Below, one piece after another: positions 41,484-49,807 of a stretch of DNA of 64,000 bases. How positions within the stretch are numbered: position 1 is the stretch's first letter; each line of letters starts with the position of its first letter. The DNA comes from a virus. The notes under the pieces were generated by a model that worked only from the letters and a program-made list of their open reading frames with translations, searched no databases and had not been told where the DNA came from. The stretch spans positions 64,001 to 128,000 of the IMG/VR virus record IMGVR_UViG_3300046168_000070, one strand, 5' to 3'. The translations under genes were made by a program, and so were the position numbers.

Positions 41484-42728
41484 TCAGCATATTTCTACCT
41501 CTAAAGTTTCTCCGCCCTCTGTGTTTATTTGAGTCCCATTTTCTCTAAGTAAGCTGCATAAGTCTATTTCAATTGATTCGCCGCAAGTTTCTATATCTAA
41601 ATATACTCCATCTTCAGTATAAATTGGAAATTCATCTTCTTGTAGTAAGCTACAGAAATCAGGACACAATTCAACATCTATCGTTTGATTATCTTCTGCA
41701 TTAAGGCTATCACCATTTTCTTGGGCTATAGAACATATATTAAAAACATTAACAGATCTAGATACTGTACTAAAACCTCCATCAAAATCAGTCACGCTAT
41801 AAACAACTGAATAATTATTTAATATAGATGTATCTACTGTATTTTCTATAGTTATTCTGTTTGTAATATCACCATCGTCTTTATCAAACGCAACTGCACC
41901 TGCATCAATATAAGTCGATCCTTGAGGTGCATTGACTATAGGGCTACCAAGCAAACTAATAACAGGAGGGTTATTAATAACAACTACAGTTCTACTTACA
42001 GATGATGTCAACCCACCAGAATCAGTTACCTGATAAGATACTTCATATACTCCGTTAACATTAGTATTCACGTTACTTGTTGTAATTATTGAGCTGGTTA
42101 AATCTCCGTCTTCAGGATCGTTTGCCGTTGCGCCTGCATCATTATAGGGCACTCCATTAAAATTTTGCACAAAACTGCTTCCAATAACCGTTATGGTCGG
42201 CGGCTCATTCCATTCCACATTGACCGTTACTTCCATACTTTCCCTTCCAGCGTAATTATCAGCAAAAACAGTAAACGCTATTTCAATATCATCTCCAGCA
42301 CTATAACCTAAATCACCTAAATTAATAGTACCTTGCAATAATCCTGTATTAGAATTAAATGTAAGACCAGCAGGATAATTAATAGCAATATATAAAAATG
42401 GATAATTAATATCACCAATCATATTATCAGCTACAATTTGATAAGAAAAATTAAATTCTCTACTATTAGTTTCAATATTAATAATTGAATCAGATGTTAT
42501 GTTAGGAGGTGTTGCTTTAACTATTCCTCTAAATTCAGAAAACCGATAGGTTTTGAAGGTACTTCCCTCAGGAGCCAGTAACCCAATAGATGTACCTTGA
42601 TCGTTAAGTTCATTCGGCATCTTATATGGCGCGCTCCATCCAGCAATACTGGATGTACTAACTTTTTTAGAATTATTTTCTAAAAAACCACTAATTTCAG
42701 AAAACTTTATTTCCCCTTGGTCAAACAT
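41484..42728 (-). CDS. Ig-like domain virion protein (He_PIG-like plus two DUF5011-like repeats)
   Basis: PAGLTFNSNTGLLQGT; two repeats PPTITVIG..DAGATA.D.EDGDLT..Y.V.Y.VTD; C-terminal LxxExG repeats. Confidence 0.75.
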   Translation of the reverse strand: MFDQGEIKFSEISGFLENNSKKVSTSSIAGWSAPYKMPNELNDQGTSIGLLAPEGSTFKTYRFSEFRGIVKATPPNITSDSIINIETNSREFNFSYQIVADNMIGDINYPFLYIAINYPAGLTFNSNTGLLQGTINLGDLGYSAGDDIEIAFTVFADNYAGRESMEVTVNVEWNEPPTITVIGSSFVQNFNGVPYNDAGATANDPEDGDLTSSIITTSNVNTNVNGVYEVSYQVTDSGGLTSSVSRTVVVINNPPVISLLGSPIVNAPQGSTYIDAGAVAFDKDDGDITNRITIENTVDTSILNNYSVVYSVTDFDGGFSTVSRSVNVFNICSIAQENGDSLNAEDNQTIDVELCPDFCSLLQEDEFPIYTEDGVYLDIETCGESIEIDLCSLLRENGTQINTEGGETLEVEIC

Positions 42729-42895
42729 GGGAATTCTTTTTCTATTATTTTAATTAATGGCTTAAGGTTCCCAGATTTTATGTAGTCTGCAGGATAAGCT
42801 CCTTTTAACTTCTTATTTGGTTCTCCTAACCACATAGCCGCATCACGCGGACCTAAGTGCTCGCATAATCTTTGGAAAATTTGAAATTTATTCAT
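42707..42895 (-). CDS. orphan Xre/MbcA/ParS antitoxin C-terminal-like domain (DUF2384-like)
   Basis: AAMWLGEPNKKLKGAYPADYI fits the W-L-x-x-P-N-x-x-L-x-G-x-x-P signature. Confidence 0.6.
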   Translation of the reverse strand: MNKFQIFQRLCEHLGPRDAAMWLGEPNKKLKGAYPADYIKSGNLKPLIKIIEKEFPCLTKGK

Positions 42896-42904
42896 TATAA
42901 TTAA

Positions 42905-42918
42905 TTACACTAGTGTAA
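42905..42918. promoter_or_regulatory. back-to-back late promoters forming palindrome TTACACTAGTGTAA
   Basis: perfect 14-bp palindrome; drives 42895(-) at 9 nt and 42935(+) at 16 nt. Confidence 0.75.
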
Positions 42919-42934
42919 AATATATTTAAATAAC

Positions 42935-43663
42935 ATGCCACGTAAAAAAACTACGAAAAAAGAAGAGGCGTTTAAAATACCTCAATTAGCTAGCCCAGGT
43001 TTTAAGGTTGAGAATAAAAAATTAACTGAAAGACAAAAGGAGTTTCTATCTCTTTCTTTAGATCAAGATACGCGCATAATGTTTATATGCGGACCAGCAG
43101 GCAGCTCAAAAACTTATATGGCTGTCTATTCCGCATTAAGGCATTTAAGCAATAATAATGATTATGATTTAATGTATATTAGAACTGTAATTGAAAGTGC
43201 TGATAAAGGGCTTGGCGCTTTGCCAGGCGATATTGCAGATAAATTTAATCCATATATAGCTCCCTTAAAAGACAAATTAGATGAAATGTTACCAGCTAAA
43301 AATACAGCTCCCTCGGTGATGAAAGAACTAATGGATGAAAGGGTAGATGCGTTGCCCATTAATTTCCTTAGAGGCGCTAATTGGATAGACAAAATAGTTG
43401 TGGCTGATGAAGCGCAGAACTTTACATTTAAAGAGCTGACTACTCTAGTAACTAGACTCGGTAAAAATAGTAAATTATTTATATGTGGAGATTTTATGCA
43501 GAGCGACATTAATGGAAAAAGCGGATTCGGACCGATGTACGATTTATTTAATGACGAAGACAGTAAATTGAAAGGCATTCACTGCTTTCGATTTACAAAA
43601 GATGACATCATGCGAGATGAATTGCTTAAATTTATAATTGGAAAACTTGAAAATAAAAAATAA
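42935..43663 (+). CDS. phoH: PhoH family ATPase
   Basis: GPAGSSKT, LGALPGDIADK, FLRG, VVADEAQN, GDFMQSD. Confidence 0.92.
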   Translation: MPRKKTTKKEEAFKIPQLASPGFKVENKKLTERQKEFLSLSLDQDTRIMFICGPAGSSKTYMAVYSALRHLSNNNDYDLMYIRTVIESADKGLGALPGDIADKFNPYIAPLKDKLDEMLPAKNTAPSVMKELMDERVDALPINFLRGANWIDKIVVADEAQNFTFKELTTLVTRLGKNSKLFICGDFMQSDINGKSGFGPMYDLFNDEDSKLKGIHCFRFTKDDIMRDELLKFIIGKLENKK

Positions 43664-43684
43664 TTGTGTATATCTTTGTATACG

Positions 43685-44251
43685 ATGGAACTTATCTCAG
43701 CAATTATAGGAGCGGTAACTACCCTGGCGGGTATTTATCTCACGCATAGATTAAAATCAAAAAAAGATCCCCTGCCTAAGGATATAAATCGCAACGATAA
43801 TATTTATACTGCTCTTTCATACCTTATTGCCGAGACAGATTCTGATAGATGCTACGTCTATGAATTTCATAATGGAGACTATTATTATAGTGGCAATTCG
43901 CAACAAAAATTTAGTAACACATATGAGATCGTTGAAGAAGGAATAAGTTGCGAAGCGTCTGCAGAGCAGAATTTAAGAGTTTCGAATTATAACTTTTTTA
44001 TTAAAGAATTAATTGAAGAGGGTGGTATATGTTACTCTAACACAGAAAAAATACCAGACCCTTTATTCAAGGAAAAAATGCATAATAAGGGTATTAAAAG
44101 TATATCTTGCGTTCCAATTAAGTTATTGAATGGTAAGATTATAGGAATTTTGGGAATTGATTATGTAAAACATACTGTAGATTGCGATCAAGACATGTTC
44201 GAATTACTTAAGAATCAGGCTCGAATTATCAGCGGCTATCTTGGAGATTAG
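43685..44251 (+). CDS. N-terminal TM plus GAF-like domain protein (possible holin-T-like)
   Basis: TM residues 3-19; SDRCYVYEFHNG...SISCVPIKLLNGKIIGILGIDY; GTGTAT 43666. Confidence 0.6.
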   Translation: MELISAIIGAVTTLAGIYLTHRLKSKKDPLPKDINRNDNIYTALSYLIAETDSDRCYVYEFHNGDYYYSGNSQQKFSNTYEIVEEGISCEASAEQNLRVSNYNFFIKELIEEGGICYSNTEKIPDPLFKEKMHNKGIKSISCVPIKLLNGKIIGILGIDYVKHTVDCDQDMFELLKNQARIISGYLGD

Positions 44252-44284
44252 TTGAATTTTATTTAATTAATTATATAATTAACT

Positions 44285-44629
44285 ATGAATATAGTTTATT
44301 GCACTAACTGTGGTCACAAAATAGAATACACATCTCCTTCTCCTAAATTTTGCCCTTCATGCGGTAGCAGCATGGATGGATCAAAAGCTTCTGTAGACAA
44401 CTCTCAAGTTGATGATATTGTTGTAGAAAAAATTCCATCTATATCTAAATTAGAGTACGAAATAGATGCGAGCAATGGTAATAGAGTTATTTCTGGAGGT
44501 GATTTAAAAAATATCTCCGAATCCCCTAAAAGAAAGGTTTCTAAGTCAAGTAATGATAGCGAAGATCTTATCAAAGAAGGTATGCAGTTATGCAGGAAAA
44601 GCAAAAAGCAGACCGATATTGATGACTAG
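44285..44629 (+). CDS. zinc-ribbon protein
   Basis: YCTNCG...KFCPSCG; sigma70-type promoter TTGAAT 44252-16-TATAAT. Confidence 0.75.
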   Translation: MNIVYCTNCGHKIEYTSPSPKFCPSCGSSMDGSKASVDNSQVDDIVVEKIPSISKLEYEIDASNGNRVISGGDLKNISESPKRKVSKSSNDSEDLIKEGMQLCRKSKKQTDIDD

Positions 44630-45338
44630 GAAGGAAAAATTAAGCTACGAAGACTGTGTTGATGTAATTGATAATGAATTGCGTAAACGAAAGCACAAAT
44701 GGCGCCTCCACGCTCTCGCATGGATGGATTACGATGATGTCCAACAAATAATTCGTGCTCATATTTACAAAAAATGGGATCAATGGGACCAGAAAAGAAG
44801 TTTAGCTCCTTGGATAAATAAAATAATATCCAATCAAATTAAGAATATATTCAGGAATTATTATACTAACTTTGCTAGACCTTGTTTAAACTGCCCATTC
44901 GCTCAATCTTCGGCTAGTGAACATGAAGAGGGCCACACTGGCTTATGTGGATTCACTCCAAGCGGGGTTCAATGTTCAGAGTGTCCATTATATTCTAAAT
45001 GGGAGAAAACGAAAAAAAGTGCTCATGATATAAAAATGCCATTAGCTTTAGAGCATCATCCTCAGGAAGTATATAATATATCAGAGGAATTAACTGATAT
45101 TTCCGAAGCAGAAAGAAAATTGCACACATTAATGGAGTTTAAGTTATCTGATAAACATTATGCAATTTATAAAATGATATATGTTGAACATCTACCAGAA
45201 GAAGAGGTTGCTAAAAAGATGGGTTATAAAAGTAATGAAAAGGGCAGAAAGGCTGGATACAAGCAATTAAAAAACCTAAAGAAAATATTCATTGAGAAAG
45301 CAAAAGAAGTTATTGATAGAAAGGATATTATTTTATGA
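44622..45338 (+). CDS. phage ECF-like RNA polymerase sigma factor with Cys-rich insertion
   Basis: region 2 DYDDVQQIIRAHIYKKWDQWD..SLAPWINKIISNQIKN; insert CLNC...LCG...QCSECP; region 4 LSDKHYAIYKMIYVEHLPEEEVAKKMG. Confidence 0.8.
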   Translation: MTRKEKLSYEDCVDVIDNELRKRKHKWRLHALAWMDYDDVQQIIRAHIYKKWDQWDQKRSLAPWINKIISNQIKNIFRNYYTNFARPCLNCPFAQSSASEHEEGHTGLCGFTPSGVQCSECPLYSKWEKTKKSAHDIKMPLALEHHPQEVYNISEELTDISEAERKLHTLMEFKLSDKHYAIYKMIYVEHLPEEEVAKKMGYKSNEKGRKAGYKQLKNLKKIFIEKAKEVIDRKDIIL

Positions 45339-46396
45339 GCAAAATAGAATTAACGGAAACTCAAAAAACCTACCTAAGGGAAAATCACAAAAAAATTCCA
45401 GATTTAATAAAACTCACTCAAAATACTTTTTTAGACGATACTCTAGATGGAAGATCAAAAGAAGGTAGAGCTGTTAAAGACTTCTTGGTTGAAGAGAGTT
45501 TAGATTACAATACAACAAAAAAAGAGAAAAAAGGGCCAATAGAACTCGCTGATGAACAAAAAGATGAGATTCTAGACTTAGCAGAAGACGGCTTAAACTC
45601 TTTCCAAATTGCTCAAATCATATTCCCCGATGAAGAGGTAAAAAAGCTATCTACGGAGCAGCGAACGGTTATGGCTTATATTAAAGATGTAGCGCCAGAC
45701 TTGCTGCAAAAAGATGAAAAACCAAGAGTGCGCGAGAAGTATCAGCCACCAGACAGTTTTAACGATGTAATTAACTTAATATCAAATTATACTGGTGACG
45801 AATTGAATCCTGACGAAATAGGCTTAGTAGAGAAAAAATCAGCAGAAAAAATGTTACTATTTCTATCTGCGCCAAGATTTTTAAATACAATAAATAATTA
45901 TAGAGATAAAGATGATAGAGACTTATTCGAAGCTGAATTTGTAAGAGCTACCTGGGGAAAACCTGATTTAACTAGCGATGAAATTAATTTATATATTAAT
46001 GTTTGCATCGATTACATTAACCTGAGAAATGTAAGTAGAAATATTGAGAAATTAAATAGAATGTTTAATGATGCTGATTCACAACAAGAGATGACTGTAA
46101 GGCTAGCCGAGCTACTTAAGACAAAAAGTGAAGAGTACGATAAGTGTGAGAAAAGAATGGAATCTCTAATCAAAAAATTAAATGGTGATCGAGCTAAAAG
46201 GCTAGAGAATCGCCAATCTCAAAATGCATCAATATTATCATTAGTTGAAACTTTCCAAAATGAAAAAGAGCGAGCTGTGATGGTAAGAATGGCTGAAATG
46301 CAAAAAAAGTTAGTGAAAGAGGAAGCAGATCGCATGGAATCTATGGACTCCTGGAAAGCAAGAATATTAGGATTATCTAAAGACGATGCAGTATAA
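45335..46396 (+). CDS. conserved protein with HTH-like and coiled-coil segments (possible terminase small subunit)
   Basis: GLNSFQIAQIIF HTH-like segment; C-terminal heptads; position upstream of TerL. Confidence 0.45.
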   Translation: MSKIELTETQKTYLRENHKKIPDLIKLTQNTFLDDTLDGRSKEGRAVKDFLVEESLDYNTTKKEKKGPIELADEQKDEILDLAEDGLNSFQIAQIIFPDEEVKKLSTEQRTVMAYIKDVAPDLLQKDEKPRVREKYQPPDSFNDVINLISNYTGDELNPDEIGLVEKKSAEKMLLFLSAPRFLNTINNYRDKDDRDLFEAEFVRATWGKPDLTSDEINLYINVCIDYINLRNVSRNIEKLNRMFNDADSQQEMTVRLAELLKTKSEEYDKCEKRMESLIKKLNGDRAKRLENRQSQNASILSLVETFQNEKERAVMVRMAEMQKKLVKEEADRMESMDSWKARILGLSKDDAV

Positions 46397-46961
46397 GTAT
46401 ATCCAGCCCCAAAGGCTCCTGAATATCTATGATGAGATATTCACAGCTGAGTCAGTCCTCACAAAAGAAGCATGTAATTTATTAATTAATTCATTTTCTG
46501 AGCAATGTAAATCTGCAACTGTCGCTGGAGTTAACGATGGTCAAAGAAATAATCTAAATACTGTCGCAATATCATCGCACCCTGTAGTTTCAGAAATTAA
46601 AAAATATTGTAGTCAAATTACAAAAACTAACATTTTATTTCAAGAAGAAGCGCAATTCATTAAATATGAGCCATCAATGTACTATGAAGAACATTATGAT
46701 TTTTTTGAAAACCCATATGCTATGTTACCAAGTCAGTTTGGAAAGCAAAGATGGTATAGTATACTATTTTACCTCAACAGTGGAAAAAAAGGTGGAGAAA
46801 CTAGATTTCCTAAATTCAAGATGTCTTTTAAGCCTGAGGCGGGCAAAATGTTGATGTGGAAAAATTTAAAAAATAATCAGCCCAATTATGACATGCTACA
46901 TGAGTCTAAACCTACAGATAGCTGGACAAAATATGCGTTAATATTATGGATCAGAATGTAG
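46386..46961 (+). CDS. prolyl-4-hydroxylase-like 2OG-Fe(II) oxygenase
   Basis: QFIKY...HYDFF...SILFYLN...GGETRFP...PEAGK...LHES. Confidence 0.85.
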   Translation: MQYKYIQPQRLLNIYDEIFTAESVLTKEACNLLINSFSEQCKSATVAGVNDGQRNNLNTVAISSHPVVSEIKKYCSQITKTNILFQEEAQFIKYEPSMYYEEHYDFFENPYAMLPSQFGKQRWYSILFYLNSGKKGGETRFPKFKMSFKPEAGKMLMWKNLKNNQPNYDMLHESKPTDSWTKYALILWIRM

Positions 46962-47875
46962 AACATATATGCAAGGTTTGTAAAAAATCCTTTAAGTCTG
47001 AAAGAGCACTTCATATACATATTAAGTCTCATAACATTTTATTGAGCGAATACTATACGACTTATTATCCAATGAAGAATTGGTATAATGGTGAGCCGTT
47101 ACCTTTTAAAAACAAAAAAGATTATTTTCGCAAAAGATTTTCAACCAGATGGCAAATGGTGCAATGGCTTATAAAAAACAAAGATAATAAACTCGCTAAA
47201 CATTATGCAGTTAGCGAGCTCAAAAATAGAATAGATGAGAAAAACCTCTTAAAGGCCCCTAGCCATATAGAATTGCAGATATATGACTTACCACCTATAG
47301 ATAGCTATAAAATGCTTTTTGGGTCATATACAGAGGCTTCTAAGCTTACAGGGGTTGAGCCAATATTTACCAAAAGAATATGTAAAGAGTTTTACGCTGA
47401 TAAATACAAAGATACGCCAATATTTATAGATACTCGAGAACAACAGCCATTATCATTTCCCAACTCTAAAACAATGAAATTAGATTTTGGAGATTATACT
47501 TCATCTGGCGATTATTACTCATATACTTATGTTGACCGAAAAGGAGAGCAAGATTTTAAATCAACAATGTCTACAGGTTTTGAGCGATTTAAAAAAGAAT
47601 TAGATAGGTGTAGAAACATGGGGTGCTATTTATATGTGGTTACCGAAAGCGATATAGAAAAAATAAAAAAGAGAAACAATTTTTCCAAACACCGATCTAA
47701 CTTAAATTACATATGGCACAATATGAGAGTATTATCTCATGAATACGCGGGATGCTGCCAATTTATCTTCACGGGAAATCGAGAAAAATCTGTAGAAATT
47801 ATTCCAAAATTATTAGTTCTTGGAGATGCTTTATGGAGCACGGACATTCAATATTATCTAGACAAACAAAAATGA
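46946..47875 (+). CDS. C2H2 zinc finger plus ERCC4 (XPF/Mus81-type) nuclease
   Basis: CKVC...HIHIKSH; IDTREQ...GDY...VDRK..QDF...RFKKEL. Confidence 0.8.
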   Translation: MDQNVEHICKVCKKSFKSERALHIHIKSHNILLSEYYTTYYPMKNWYNGEPLPFKNKKDYFRKRFSTRWQMVQWLIKNKDNKLAKHYAVSELKNRIDEKNLLKAPSHIELQIYDLPPIDSYKMLFGSYTEASKLTGVEPIFTKRICKEFYADKYKDTPIFIDTREQQPLSFPNSKTMKLDFGDYTSSGDYYSYTYVDRKGEQDFKSTMSTGFERFKKELDRCRNMGCYLYVVTESDIEKIKKRNNFSKHRSNLNYIWHNMRVLSHEYAGCCQFIFTGNREKSVEIIPKLLVLGDALWSTDIQYYLDKQK

Positions 47876-49740
47876 GCTGGGAACCAGGAAATCAACCAAA
47901 CAATCCTTTTAAGGAGGATATAAATAAATTACTTTTAGATAAAGGTTTTCTAGAAGAAGAAGAAGCTAAAATATTGTTATATCAATTTTTAAGAGAAAAT
48001 ATAACTTTCACAACTAGTTTATTGTCAGGAGTAGATTTATTTCCATTTCAACACATGGCGATTAAGGGTATGTTTGAAACTGACTACTTCCTAGGTATTT
48101 GGAGTCGGGGTATGTCAAAATCTTTTACTACAGGAATTTACGCCTTCCTGGACGCTATACTTAATCAGGGCGTAGAGATAGGGATATTAGCTGCTTCATT
48201 TAGGCAGTCAAAGCAAATATTTAAAAAAATTGAAGATATTGCAAATAAACCTCAGGCAAAAATGCTTGCAGGCTGCATTACTAAAAAAAGCAAGAGTAAT
48301 GATGAGTGGTTGATGGAAATAGGTAGAAGCAGAATCAGAGCTCTGCCATTAGGCGATGGTTCCAAGCTTCGTGGTTTTAGATTTCATAGAATCATTATTG
48401 ATGAGATGTTGTTAATGCCTGAAAGAGTATACAATGAAGTTATCGTGCCATTCTTGTCTGTTGTTGAAAATCCTACCCAAAGAGAGGAGTTATTTAACCT
48501 TGAAACAAACTTGATAAAAAAAGGCGAAATGACTGAAGATCAAAGATATAGATGGCCTAACAATAAATTAATAATGTTATCATCCGCTAGTTATAAATTT
48601 GAATATTTGTATAAATTATATTCTAATTTCGAAGATTTGATATTAAATCATGTTGACCATAAAGATGGCTCTAATGCTAGGAGATCTATTATGCACTTTA
48701 GTTATGATTGCGCTCCTAAGCAATTGTATGATGTTAATTTGATTAATCAATCTAAAGCTACAATGAGTCAATCTCAGTTTGATAGAGAGTTTAATGCTAT
48801 ATTTACAGATGATAGCAGTGGATATTTTAAGACTTCTAGAATGGCGGAATGCACAATAAAGGATGGAGAAGGGCAGTGTGTGGAAATAGCGGGCGAACCT
48901 GATGCAAAATATATTTTAGCTATTGACCCTAGCTGGGCAGAAAGTGAAAGCTCTGATGATTTTGCTATGCATATATTAAAATTAAATGATGAAAAGCGAA
49001 ATGCGACCGTAGTCCATAGTTATGCAATGTCTGGAACTCGTTTACAAGATCATATGTTCTATTTTAAATATCTTATAGAAAAATTTAATATTGTTAGTAT
49101 TGTAGCTGACTATATGGGAGGCGTTCAATTTATTAATGCTGTTAATGAAAGCTCTATGTTTAAAAAAGATAATATTAACTTTAAACAAATAGATGTTAAT
49201 TTTGATGACTTAAATGATTATCAGAATGTCCTTAAGGGAGTTAGGCAACAATATAACCAACAGGACAGAAGAATTTGTTTCCTAAGAAAACCTAGTTCTG
49301 ACTGGATAAGAAGAGCGAACGAATCTCTTCAGGCGAATTTCGATCATAAAAGATTGTGGTTTGCGTCAAGAGCTATTGACGAAGATTATGCTATGCAACG
49401 CAGAAAGAAAATACCAATCACGAAATTAAAATTTTTAAAAAATGAAGAAAAGAATCAGTCTCCCCAATCTAAAATGATTGACCTCATTGAGCATCAATAC
49501 GATCTAATGAACTTAACCAAGTCTGAGTGTGCTCTGATTCAAATAAAAACTTCTCCCCAAGGAACTCAGACATTTGACTTGCCTGACAATTTAAAAAGAC
49601 AAACGGGCCCCGAAAAAACTAGAAAAGACTCTTACTCTGCATTAGTTCTAGGCAACTGGATGACTTCATTGTACTATGAATTTATGAATGTCGATTTGAC
49701 TCCAAAGTACGTAGACTTTACGCCAATGTTTATAAAATAA
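47872..49740 (+). CDS. terL: terminase large subunit
   Basis: LFPFQ, Walker A SRGMSKS, AASFRQSK, RGFR..IIIDE, C-terminal nuclease LAIDPS...DD...RKDSYSAL. Confidence 0.9.
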   Translation: MSWEPGNQPNNPFKEDINKLLLDKGFLEEEEAKILLYQFLRENITFTTSLLSGVDLFPFQHMAIKGMFETDYFLGIWSRGMSKSFTTGIYAFLDAILNQGVEIGILAASFRQSKQIFKKIEDIANKPQAKMLAGCITKKSKSNDEWLMEIGRSRIRALPLGDGSKLRGFRFHRIIIDEMLLMPERVYNEVIVPFLSVVENPTQREELFNLETNLIKKGEMTEDQRYRWPNNKLIMLSSASYKFEYLYKLYSNFEDLILNHVDHKDGSNARRSIMHFSYDCAPKQLYDVNLINQSKATMSQSQFDREFNAIFTDDSSGYFKTSRMAECTIKDGEGQCVEIAGEPDAKYILAIDPSWAESESSDDFAMHILKLNDEKRNATVVHSYAMSGTRLQDHMFYFKYLIEKFNIVSIVADYMGGVQFINAVNESSMFKKDNINFKQIDVNFDDLNDYQNVLKGVRQQYNQQDRRICFLRKPSSDWIRRANESLQANFDHKRLWFASRAIDEDYAMQRRKKIPITKLKFLKNEEKNQSPQSKMIDLIEHQYDLMNLTKSECALIQIKTSPQGTQTFDLPDNLKRQTGPEKTRKDSYSALVLGNWMTSLYYEFMNVDLTPKYVDFTPMFIK

Positions 49741-49807
49741 AAGTTAAAAGTAACTTTAAAAGTAACTTTTTTTACTTATTATAATATATAGGTGTAATTC
49801 TCGACAA

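Noticed and set aside
44326-44331. Antisense GTGTAT promoter against the sigma operon, 8 nt before a GTG
   Set aside because: Gives only a 12-aa ORF, and GTGTAT occurs by chance several times in coding DNA (15304, 26052, 31568, 52189, 61344)
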